17,949 nucleotides of DNA. It comes from Octopus sinensis (lineage: Eukaryota). The DNA lies in contig NW_021824576.1 of assembly GCF_006345805.1 (NCBI RefSeq), forward strand, positions 1 through 17,949, written 5' to 3'. The notes under the pieces are model-generated. The model was not told the origin of the DNA. It ran no database searches and worked only from the letters and a program-made list of their open reading frames with translations. The position numbers and the translations under genes are program-made. Positions within the stretch are counted from its first letter, which is position 1; every line of letters begins with the position of its first letter. Positions 1-9,185 of the stretch are shown here, one piece after another.

Positions 1-152
1 CACTCATGGAGTGGTTGGCGTTAGGAAGGGCATCCAGCTGTAGAAACCTTGCCAGATCAGACTGGAGCCTGGTGCAACCTCCATGGCTTCCCAGACCCCG
101 GTCGAACCGTCCAACTCATGCTAGCATGGAAAACAGACATTAAATGATGATG
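1..152 (+). mobile_element. 3' end of an RTE-family LINE (or RTE-tailed non-autonomous element), continuing off the left edge
   Basis: Colinear and highly similar to 4483-4640, the 3' UTR end of the RTE in this window. It shares GGCGTTAGGAAGGGCATCCAGCTGTAGAAAC, the CATGC-NN-GCATG hairpin (116-129) and a (TGA)n tail, then runs into TA-rich sequence. Confidence 0.85.
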
Positions 153-1052
153 ATATATATAAAATATATACATACGATATTAAATATGTACATATATACG
201 CAAAGTTACTACATGAGTACCTATGTCGCTAAAGATAGAAGTCAAAAAATACTTCTGTATCACCGAATAGTCACAAATCTATGTAATAGCGATTTAGGTA
301 CTCATGTAGTACCCTTGTGTATGTATGTACATATCTAATATCGTATGTATATATTTTATTAATTTGCCTGTACGGCTAATAATTCGCTTACCACTTGTGA
401 TGGTATTTTAATAATACCATCCCTATATTTATGTATATATAGGGAGAGGTCATGAAAAAAACAGAAGACGAAGACAGGTGGTGTAGAAAACAAACAGATG
501 TATTAGTATAACGCTCAGGAATTGAAAAAAGTCTTATGTTTCGAGCCTACGCTCTTCTACAGAAAGGGACACAGAAAAAACAAGGAGAGAAAAAAATGTG
601 TGTAAATTGGGTCGGTGCATAATTATTGTGGCTTTTTTCAACATTTTATTCAATAAAAACATCTTTAAATGATTATTCCGGAGCATATTCACCATCCACT
701 TCAATTACTGTTTCCCATTTGCTTGGGAGACAGTCAGACCATCATTCAAAGATGGTTTTGTTAAATATTGTCGTTTTTGTTGAAAAAAGCCGCAATAATT
801 ATGCACCAACCTAATATAAATAAACGTATTGACAGAGGGGAGAAACCATATCAGTGAGATGTCTGTAGTAAAAACCATTCTCTCCAAGAATTCACTTAAC
901 TCTAAAGAAACATATTCAAACAGAGAAATAACAGAATGAATGTCAAGATTGAAGTTGTGCTAAATAAAGTCCTTCATATTTGTGAATCAAATTGGTTTTT
1001 CTCTTTGGTAGAAAAAGTAATTTTATGAATATAAACAATTTGCTGTGAGCAA

Positions 1053-1202
1053 GGCTTTTTGGTTTAGAAGTTTGCATTGTAACCACATGGTCGCTGGTTC
1101 AATCCTGCTCTGCAGCATGTCGGGCAAATGTCATTTCCCATGGTCTTGGGTTGATCTGTATCTTGTAAGTAAAATGAATACATTGAAACTGTACTGAAGC
1201 TT
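1053..1202 (+). mobile_element. Old, diverged tRNA-derived SINE head fragment
   Basis: B box GGTTCAATCC at 1096-1105. Aligns by eye, with many substitutions, to the head of the younger SINE at 1294-1455 (AACCACATGG..GGTTCA.TCC..GGGCAA.TGTC..GAAACTG..GAAGC). Confidence 0.65.
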
Positions 1203-1293
1203 CTTGGAGGGATTTTAACAATAATTTAAGAATTTACATCCTTGTCACACTGATTGTGCCTGAGAATTCCATTTATGGTTAACATGGTTAATA

Positions 1294-1682
1294 TAGGCGC
1301 AGGAGTGGCTGTGTGGTAAGTAGCTTGTTTACCAACCACATGGTTCCGGGTTCAGTCCCACTGCGTGGCACCTTGGGCAAGTGTCTTCCACTATAGCCTC
1401 GGCCCGACCAAAGCCTTGTGAGTGGATTTGGTAGACGGAAACTGAAAGAAGCCCGTCGTGTATATGTATATGTGTGTGTCTGTGTTTGTCCCCCTAGCAT
1501 TGCTTGACAACCGATGCTGGTGTGTTTACGTCCCCGTCACTTAGCGGTTTGGCAAAAAAGACCGATAGAATAAGTACTAGGCTTACAAAAAAGAATAAGT
1601 CCCGGGGTCGAGTTGCTCGATTAAAGGCGGTGCTCCAGCATGGCCGCAGTCAAATGACTGAAACAAGTAAAAGAGTAAAGAG
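1294..1682 (+). mobile_element. tRNA-derived SINE, apparently full length
   Basis: Pol III A box TGGCTGTGTGG (1306-1316) and B box GGTTCAGTCC (1349-1358). Also a CCTTGGGCAAGT core-like motif, an internal TA/TG microsatellite (~1459-1486) and an A-rich end. A second copy lies on the minus strand at 10959-11330. Confidence 0.88.
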
Positions 1683-2028
1683 CATGTCTATGGAATACTC
1701 AGCCACGTGCCCATTAATTCAGGGGCAGATAATCCAATTGACCATTGTCAGAGTGGAGATCCACCACTATTAGACACAGAGGTGGATTAACCCTTATGCA
1801 AAATAAACATGTTTAGGGTACTGAAGAAAGGAAGTAGGGGGGTGGCACAGAAATGGTAAATGGTTTACGGCACAAAAGAAATTACTTTAAACTTACTAAA
1901 ATAAACATCATTGTGTGTGCCTTTCCAAATGTAGATATTTTTGTATATTTTTAACATTAAGGGCCACAAATTGCTCAGTTGGGTAGATTAGTGCTTCACC
2001 ATGGGTTAGCAACCATTATATCGGCCTA

Positions 2029-4185
2029 GAAATAGAAGGGGATACAGCTTCACATGGTGTAGAAGACAAGTGGAAGTTTCTACGGGACAACCTGCTGAGG
2101 GCCACTGACCAGATCTGTGGACGGTGCAAAGTCCCTTCTCGACCCAACATAATGTGGTGGTGGAACAATGTTGTAGACAGGGCTATTAGAGACAAGAGAC
2201 AGGCTTGGAAGAATGGTGGTAGCAGGGAAGTGTATCAGACTGCGAAAAGAGAAGCTAGGAGGCAGGTTTATTTAGCCAGAGGGGAAGCAGATAAAAAATT
2301 TACCAATGTTCTGCACTGTGAGGACCAAAGACTTGAGGTATTTCGTGTTGCAAGACAGTGTGTGAGAGAGAAACGTGATGTGGTAGGAGAGAAATGTGTT
2401 CGCATGGATGATGGTTCACTTGCGCTGAATGAGGATGCAAAGAGAGAGGTTTGGAGATGCCACTATGAAAGGTTGCTCAACAAAGAGAATGAATGGGATA
2501 AAGAGAGTCTGCCGAATGTCGACCCAATAGAGGGACCAGCTATCCGAGTTGACAGTGCCTTGGTAGATAAGGCAATTAGAAGCCTGAAGACAGGGAAAGC
2601 CCCAGGCCATCAGGAATTACTGCAGAGATGCTCAAAATATCTGGCAGTGTCAGCTATAGCCTAGTCACCCGTATAGTTAATCAGGTGATACACGAAGGAG
2701 TCATACCCAATGACTGGTGTAGCAGTATAATAGTCAACTGCTACAAAGGTAAAGGCGACACCCTTGATACAAATAATTACAGAGGTATCAAGCTGTTGGA
2801 TCAGGTAATGAAGGTTACGGAGAGGGTCATAAGCCAACTAATTAGAGAGAGAGTTAGTTTAGATGAGATGCAGTTTGGATTCGTGCCAGGGAAAAGCAAC
2901 ACCGATGCCATATTCCTGGTAAGACAGCTGCAGGAGAAATATCTAGCCAAAGATAAGCCCCTGTACCTGGCTTTCGTTGACATGGAGAAAGCTTTCGACA
3001 GGGTCCTCTGATCCCTTATCTGGTGGTCAATGAGGAAACTAGGGATAGATGAATGGTTAGTGAGAGCTATGCAAGCCATGTACAGGGACGCTGCTAGTAA
3101 GGTGAGGGTTGGCAACGAGTACAGTGAAGAATTCCGGGTAGAGGTAGGGTCCACCAAGGTTCAGCCCTCATCCCCTTCCTATTTATCGTAGTCCTTCAGG
3201 CAATAACGGAGGAATTCAAGACAGGAAGCCCCTGGGAGCTCCTCTATGCTGATGACCTTGCTCTAATTGCTGAGTCGCTATCAGAACTGGAGGAGAAGTT
3301 TCATGTGTGGAAGCAAGGATTAGAATCAACCTAGCCAAAACCAAAGTCCTAATAAGTAGGAAGGTAGACCAATCACAAACACCTTCAGGTAGATGGCCCT
3401 GCTCGATCTGTAGAAAAGGTGTAGGTAGAAACTCTATAAGATGTACCCAGTGTAAGCTATGGACACATAAGAGGTGCAGCAACGTCAAGGGAAGGCTAAC
3501 CAGGAAGATAGTTTTTGTATGTGGCAGATGCTCAGGAGCAATAAACACTGAAAATGCTCTGAGACCAACTTCCGTCACTTTCCAGGGAGAAAAACTAGAA
3601 GTAATTGATAGCTTCCGTTACCTAGGTGACCAAGTCAGTAGTGGGGGTGGGTGTGCTGAAAGTGTAACTGCTAGAGTAAGAATAGCCTGGGCAAAGTTCA
3701 GAGAGATCTTACCTCTGCTGGCGATAAAGGGCCTCTCGTTCAGAGTAAAAGGCAGACTGTATGACGCATGTGTACAAACAGCCATGCTACATGGCAGTGA
3801 AACATGGGCTGTGACTGCTGAGGATATGCGTAAGCTCACAAGAAATGAAGCCAGTATGCTCCGATGGATGTGTAATGTCAGTGTTCATACTCGGCAGAGT
3901 GTAAGTACCTTGAGAGAAAAGCTGGACCTAAGAAGCATCAGTTGCGGTGTGCAAGAGAGACGTTTGCGCTGGTATGGCCATGTGGCGAGAATGGATGAAG
4001 ATAGTTGTGTGAAAAAGTGCCACACCCTAGCTGTTGAGGGAATCTGTGGAAGAGGCAGACCCAGGAAGACCTGGGATGAGGTGGTGAAGCACGACCTTCG
4101 AACATTAGGTCTCACTGAGGAGATGACTAGAGACCGAGACCTATGGAAGTATGCTGTGTGCGAGAAGACCCAGCAGGACAAGTGA
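2029..4185 (+). pseudogene. Disrupted RTE ORF (reverse transcriptase with PHD-finger insertion)
   Basis: The ORF-track pieces 2152-2664, 2628-3011 and 3307-4185 join into one RT protein. Lesions: 1-nt loss at ~2607-2608, TGA at 3009-3011 (where RTE proteins read DRVPR), 1-nt loss at ~3147-3149, and a frameshifting deletion at ~3328. Confidence 0.9.
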
Positions 4186-4332
4186 GACCATCACCCATGG
4201 CTTCAGTCCACTTATGCATACCTTTCCTTCTTGGGACACAAAACCCTACTTGTGAAGACCTGTTGAGGCAAGAGAAAATCAAAAATCAAAATCGATCAAC
4301 ATGAATGGAAATTGTCGCTGTGATTCAGTGCT

Positions 4333-4480
4333 GGTGGCACATAAGAAAAGCATCCGATCGTGGCCGTTTGCCATCCTCGACTGGCCTCCTTGCCGGTGGC
4401 ATGTAAAAAGCACCATCCGACCTTGGCCGTTTGCCAGACTTGTATGGCACCTGTGCAGGTGGCACGTAAAAAGCACCCAC
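4333..4480 (+). repeat. Three diverged ~62-bp tandem sub-repeats in the RTE 3' UTR
   Basis: GGTGGCA(C/T)RTAA..AAAAGCA starts at 4333, 4395 and 4458. The first two units also share TCCGA..TGGCCGTTTGCCA. Confidence 0.75.
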
Positions 4481-4623
4481 TGCACTCACGGAGTTGTTGG
4501 CGTTAGGAAGGGCATCCAGCTGTAGAAACACTGCCAGATCAGACTGGAGCCTGGTGCAGCCTTCTGGCTTCCCAGACCCCAGTTGAACCATCCAACCCAT
4601 GCCAGCATGGAAAGCGGACACTG

Positions 4624-4724
4624 AATGATGATGATGATGATGTATATATATATGTATATATATGTGTGTATATATGTATGTTGTATATATATATATATAT
4701 ATCTATATATATATATATATATAT
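4624..4724. repeat. (ATG)n tail plus (TA)n/(TATG)n microsatellite between the two LINE 3' ends
   Basis: Read directly from the sequence. Confidence 0.95.
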
Positions 4725-6525
4725 TACTTAGATATGTTTCGACCAAGATTGGTCAGGCCATGTCTAACTTAATAGCACCACCTGATAGGATTATTCGAAT
4801 CCTGTTTAAGTCAAGTTTTGTTCAAGTAGTGAGTTCTTGTTGGGTGAGTTGTATCCAATTATGGGTGGCTTATCTGGTATTCTTTGAAGGAATCTATCCA
4901 GACTCTGTTTAAAGTTGATGGGATCCTTTTCCTCTTTGATCTCCCTCGGGACAATGTTAAATAGGGCAGGGCCTGTTGAGGAAAAGAAATTATGTTGCAG
5001 TGTACATGTATGTTGTGATCTTGAATTTGGCAGGGGACGTATAGCCCGTGGTCCAAGTCTTGGATGAACCTTGAAGCTAATGTTTAGGTCATTTGGGCAA
5101 AGTTGGCGGTATATTTTCCACATTGTACAAATGATGTACCGCTCACGGCGACGCTGGAGGGAGTAAAGTTTCAAGGTTTTAAGGCGATCCCAATAATCGA
5201 GAGCAGCCATGCCTTCAATTTGTTTAGTGAGAGCCCTCTGGGGTGACTCAATTCTGGAGATGTTTTGTCTTGTGTGAGGAGACCACAGTGGGCAGCAGTA
5301 TTCAAGGTGTGGCCGTACAAAGGAGGAAAAAAGTGGTATGATGACACCTTGTTCTCTGGACCGGAAAGTTTTTAAGATCCAGGAACTCATCCTACGAGCT
5401 ATATCGACCTTCTTGTTGATGTGTGCACTCCAACTGAGATCGTCATCAACAATTACACCCAGGTCTCTGATATTGTTAGAGGCTGTGAGCGGTTCCCCTG
5501 AAGGAAGAGAGTATGGCTGTTTTAGTGAGGAGTTTCTTCCAAAATGCATCAGCTCAAATTTTCCCTCGTTCAGTTGCATTTTGTTTCTGTTTGCCCATTG
5601 ACTCACAGCATATAGGTCAGACTGGAGTTGAGTTCGGTCTGCTTCTTCATTGATGATTTGCTGGAGCTTAGTGTCATCAGCGAATATTTTCACTTTGCAG
5701 TGATGTACGACACTGGAAAGGTCGTTTACGTAAATTATGAAGAGTAGCAGACCCAAAACAGTTCCCTGGGGATCACCGCTGGTGACTTTTGCTGGGTTTG
5801 AGTGTTCTATTCGCCAGGAAATACTGTATCCAGTGTAGAACTTTTCCACGGATTCCAGCATTTGCCAATTTTGAGAGTAGGATGTTATGGTCTACCCTGT
5901 CGAACGCTTTACTGAAGTCAAGGTATATGACGTCAGAGTTCGAACCTGTTCCCAAGGCTTTGAGTACATCTTCAATGTGGTGTAAGAGCTGTGTTAGACA
6001 GTCCCTGCCACAGCGAAAGCCATGCTGATTTGCATTTAGGAGTTTGTGGGTCTCCAGGAAGTCAGCTATCCTTGATCTTAACACTCTTTCAAACACTTTA
6101 ATGATGTGGGAGGTGAGTGAGATTGGGCGATAGTTGACTGCGAGGGATCTGTTTCCCTGTTTGAAAACCGGGATGACCGACTGGGATAGAAACTGTTTCA
6201 GTATATAACCTGCGTCTAACGAATTTCTCCAGAGGTTGGTCAGAGGGACTGCAAGTTGATATCTACATTCCTTCAGGAGGCTAGCGGGAAATCTATCAGG
6301 GCCTACAGCGGAGTAATGTTTGACCTCATTTATTGCTGCTACGATGTCGGTGGCAGTGAAGGTTATGTCTGAGATTGTGTGTTGGGAGTCAACTTCGTTC
6401 GTTTCCCTTACGTCAATATCAGTGGGAACACTGAAGACAGAGCAGCAGTATTGTGTCTGCAGCATTTCTGCCATTTCTTTAGCATCGTGTTGGGGAATGC
6501 CGTTATCATCAATCAATGGCCCAAT
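4725..6525 (-). mobile_element. 5'-truncated, inactivated CR1-group LINE (RT, C-terminus, short 3' UTR)
   Basis: Minus-strand ORFs 5773-6543 and 4806-5861 give IGPLIDDNG..MAEML, GPDRF, NYRPISLTS, NQHGFR, YLDFSKAFDRVDH, SG(D)PQGTVLG(L)LLF, FADD (5673-5684), RDLGV, VRPHLEY and LYSLQRRRERY. Stop at ~4806; the short 3' UTR ends at a (TA)n tract. Confidence 0.9.
4806..6525 (-). pseudogene. Disrupted CR1-group ORF2 (reverse transcriptase)
   Basis: A frame switch at ~5803-5806 joins FLANRT directly to HSNPAKVTSG, where CR1 RTs normally have an intervening Q.V.V.G-type segment. Conserved residues are changed (SGVPQG to SGDPQG, LGPLLF to LGLLLF). Confidence 0.85.
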
Positions 6526-6575
6526 ATATATATAAACACACATATATATTTATGTATGTATGTATAATATATATA

Positions 6576-6611
<36 letters not shown>

Positions 6612-6651
6612 ATTTATGTATGGTATGTATGTATGTGTATTATATATATAT
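6523..6651. repeat. (TA)n/(TATG)n microsatellite
   Basis: Read directly from the sequence; abuts the truncated 5' end of the CR1-group LINE. Confidence 0.95.
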
Positions 6652-6776
6652 GGGGTAGAAAATATTTTAGTGGAGAAACACATGGTGGATATATATAAAA
6701 TGAGAAGAGATGAGAAACCAGAAGATTTGTTCACAGGATTTAGGGGTATATTAGAGCCATGGAAAAAAAAATATCT

Positions 6777-7233
6777 AATTTTGTACAAAATAAGGTTTTG
6801 TCCTTCCAAATAATTGAAGGACCGGTTTCGAGTTGCTTATCAAACTGAGAGTTGAAAGAAAAAGATTTATAATTTTGTACAAATAAGGTTTTGTCCTTTC
6901 CAAATAATTGAAAGGACCGGTTTCGAGTTGCTTATCAAACTGAGAGTTGAAAAAAAAAGATTTATAATTTTGTACAAAATAAGGTTTTGTCCTTTCAAAA
7001 TAATTGAAGGACCGGTTTCGAGTTGCTTATCAAACTGAGAGTTGAAAGAAAAGGATTTTAATTTTGTACAAAAAAGGTTTTGTCCTTTCCAAATAATTGA
7101 AGGACCGGTTTCGAGTTGCTTATCAAACTGAGAGTTGAAAGAAAAAGATTATAATTTTGTACAAAATAAGGTTTTGTCCTTTCCAAATAATTGAAGGACC
7201 GGTTTCGAGTTGCTTATCAAACTGAGAGTTGAA
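6777..7233. repeat. Tandem array of ~94-bp units, ~4.9 near-identical copies
   Basis: AATTTTGTACAAA starts at 6777, 6871, 6966, 7060 and 7153 (periods 94, 95, 94, 93). Differences are mostly homopolymer length. Confidence 0.95.
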
Positions 7234-7530
7234 TAAAAATATATACGGCAAGTGGAGATAATTGTCATTCATATATTTTACAGTTAAGGGGAGGTAAATC
7301 TGTAAATTTTATTTGCTTCTCTATTTTTTTTCTGGCTTATGCCCTACATTAGATGGGGGCAAGTCCTTTATTTTTAATATGGGTTCATATTTATTTATTT
7401 GGTCTGTATTTGGGGATAAATGAGTCTTCTTTATTCAGTCTTACTTGTTGAAGATTCTCACCAATGCGAAACTATTCCCCAGTTTGAGCATAAATTGAGT
7501 AGAAATTTGGGCCGGATATAACCGGTTTAA

Positions 7531-7749
7531 CCCTTTAGTGTTTAAATCGGCCATATCTGGCCCAGATGTTCTACATGTTTTATATTCAAACTGGCGATAT
7601 CTGGCCTCTCACACCAAACCTACATTGACATTCTGAAATAAACAATCACATCATTGAAACCTCAGAGCTATTAGACAATGCATGATTAATTCAAAACAAT
7701 TTGAGCGCAAAAAGTATTACATTTACAGAGTAATCTGAACACTAAAGGG
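7531..7749. mobile_element. piggyBac-type MITE (219 bp)
   Basis: TTAA at 7527-7530 and 7750-7753 flanks 14-bp TIRs: CCCTTTAGTGTTTA (7531-7544) and TGAACACTAAAGGG (7736-7749), 13/14 match, with CCC...GGG termini. Internal palindromic sub-repeats GGCCATATCTGGCC (7549-7562) and GGCGATATCTGGCC (7593-7606). No coding capacity. Confidence 0.85.
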
Positions 7750-8069
7750 TTAAATAAACTCAAAACACATAGTTTAAAAGACATATAACACTGCTTATCT
7801 CAGTGTGATTGTCTGAAAAATAGACTCTCCTTCTGCTTCAGATGTGGGGTAATTATTAGGGGTATTATTAGCAGAAATCTCACCGAATTACTCATAAAAA
7901 AAAAAAAAAGCAAAACTGAATTTTGGGGTAGCAAGGAAAATTTTCATTCAGCATAAGTAATTATTTTTAGATTTTAACTTATCCTACACTTGAAGAGAAT
8001 CAACCAGTGTTCTTTCTAGAAATGTGATATAAGTGAATTCAAAGACCCATCTTCTACAAAATGACGATG

Positions 8070-8115
<46 letters not shown>

Positions 8116-8129
8116 TAATAATAATAATA
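8070..8129. repeat. (AAT)n microsatellite
   Basis: About 20 AAT units with one AAC interruption. Confidence 0.97.
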
Positions 8130-8146
8130 GAACAACAGATGCAAGA

Positions 8147-8303
8147 GTTGTAAAGTGTGGTTCACCTATTTTCAGAAAATCTTTTAGAAGGATCGGAATT
8201 CCATTTCAGACAAGGGCAAATTCAAATATTCAAAATCAATCCAACGTCCCTTGACACACCCCAAAACCTCATTTACATAATCAGATGCTTGGGCTGCTTC
8301 GAA
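8147..8303 (+). pseudogene. Decayed Penelope-like element fragment: linker and start of GIY-YIG endonuclease
   Basis: My translation: VVKCGSP (8147-8167), then after a frameshift NLLEGSEFHFRQGQIQIFKINPTSLDTPQNLIYIIRCLGCFE (8178-8303). NLIYxIxCxxC matches the first GIY-YIG motif of PLE endonucleases; the YIG half is not recognisable. Confidence 0.55.
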
Positions 8304-8474
8304 ACTAAATTGATTCGAGAGGAATTTTAATCCAAAAGAGCTGTATGGTCCACAAAAAAACAAAATTTCCTCCCCACAATATCGCCGAAATATCCTCAGT
8401 TATCACACTGATAAATGTTGCAGAACGATTAGAACCACAATTCGTTAGTTTCCCATTTCAGCAACTTGCCTTCT

Positions 8475-8856
8475 GGACCTCAACACAAGACTAAACTCCT
8501 CACAGTAACTTTCCTTCCATTTACTTTCAATGTGCTCTGGTAGACACAAGCTTTATCACAAGCAAACCAGAGAATGTCTTGCATTAGAACTGGCACCAGC
8601 CCTATATTTTTCAAGAACCTAGTGAGAGGGGTAAGCAAGAGGATCTCGAATCTGTCTCGAACCAAGATAGCTTTGACGCTGCTGCCCCTTTCTACAATGA
8701 GGCACTGGCATGGAGTGGATTTAAGGACTGCCTCTCCTACATGCCAGGCCCTGACACCAGGAAAGGAAGCGCCGCAGAAATGTCTTTTGGTTTGCTCCAC
8801 CCTTCTCGCTTAACATCGAAACTTGTGTGGGAAAGATTTTCCTGAGGAAATATTTC
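8475..8856 (+). pseudogene. Decayed Penelope-like element fragment: RT C-terminus/thumb and linker
   Basis: Frameshifted segments read TVTFLPFTFNV / SGRHKLYHK / KNLVRGVSKRISNLS / DSFDAAAPFYNEALAWSGFKDCLSY / RKRRRNVFWFAPPFSLNIETCVGKIFL (8764-8844). This matches the PLE pattern I recall (VNFLDVT..YKPYxKP..ISKRISxLS..FxxAAPxYNxAL..SGF..KRxRNIIWFNPPFS..TNIGKxFL). Confidence 0.75.
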
Positions 8857-8871
8857 AGGGTTATTTTTCTA

Positions 8872-8916
8872 ATCATCATCATCGTTTTAACATCTCTTTT
8901 TCCATGCTTGCATGGG
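8872..8916 (-). mobile_element. Very short RTE-type 3' tail
   Basis: Reverse complement CCCATGCAAGCATGGAAAAAGAGATGTTAAAACGATGATGATGAT matches the tails at 113-152 and 4596-4641. Confidence 0.75.
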
Positions 8917-8974
8917 TCAGACAAAAGCACATTAGGAGCACTCGGCCGGTTATGACAACATTTGTTTCTTTTGA

Positions 8975-9100
8975 TCTGATCAATGGAACAGCCTGCTCAT
9001 GAAGTTAATGCACAAGTGGCTGAGTACTCCACAGACACACATACCCTTAATGTAGTTCACAGGGAGATTCAGCATAACATACACAATATGACAGGGCTAG
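8975..9100 (+). mobile_element. Possible fragment of another interspersed repeat (SINE 3' portion)
   Basis: Resembles an octopus repeat I recall, unverified. Its distal part (~9045-9097) has weak reverse-complement similarity to ~1240-1287 in this window. Confidence 0.3.
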
Positions 9101-9185
9101 ATGGGGATCTTTTCCGTTTGAACGGCTGTTTTTTTTAATAATTTCCACGTAACTAAACACTTTTAAACTCCATATACTGGTAGAA

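Larger units (their letters stand above)
2029..4640 (+). mobile_element. 5'-truncated, inactivated RTE-clade LINE (endonuclease missing; RT, C-terminus and 3' UTR present)
   Basis: Joined frames give RTE-type RT motifs: GKAPG, YKGKGD..NYRGIKLL, QFGFVPGKS, AFVDMEKAFDRV, (V)HQGS.L.P.LF, LLYADDL (YADD 3245-3256), FRYLG, MLHGSETW, RLRWYGHV and RGRPRKTW. Stop at 4183-4185; 3' UTR ends in (ATG)n at ~4624-4641. Confidence 0.93.

Noticed and set aside
1294-1370. tRNA gene (also 11260-11330 and 1053-1110)
   Set aside because: A and B boxes are present but I see no complete cloverleaf or acceptor stem, and the sequence continues into a shared SINE body.
2416-3839. Antisense ORFs overlapping the RTE (and 5338-6567 overlapping the CR1)
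   Set aside because: They are shadow frames of LINE coding sequence with no recognisable motifs.
2015-4660. Target-site duplications for the two LINEs
   Set aside because: The flanks are microsatellite or low-complexity sequence, and I could not identify a convincing duplicated target for either element.
4486-4912. Tyr/Ile-rich ORFs here and at 144-338, 6513-6813 and 11102-11796
   Set aside because: These are translations of (TA)n/(TG)n microsatellites and SINE sequence.
6616-6813. Short ORF (ENILVEKH...RRDEK) as a GIY-YIG C-terminus next to the 94-bp array
   Set aside because: The resemblance is only a few residues, the ORF begins in a microsatellite, and no catalytic motif is visible.
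6777-7233. CRISPR array
   Set aside because: Units are identical along their whole length with no unique spacers, there are no cas genes, and the context is eukaryotic.
8033-8254. Poly-Asn ORF
   Set aside because: It is a translation of the (AAT)n microsatellite. The informative PLE similarity lies mostly in another frame.
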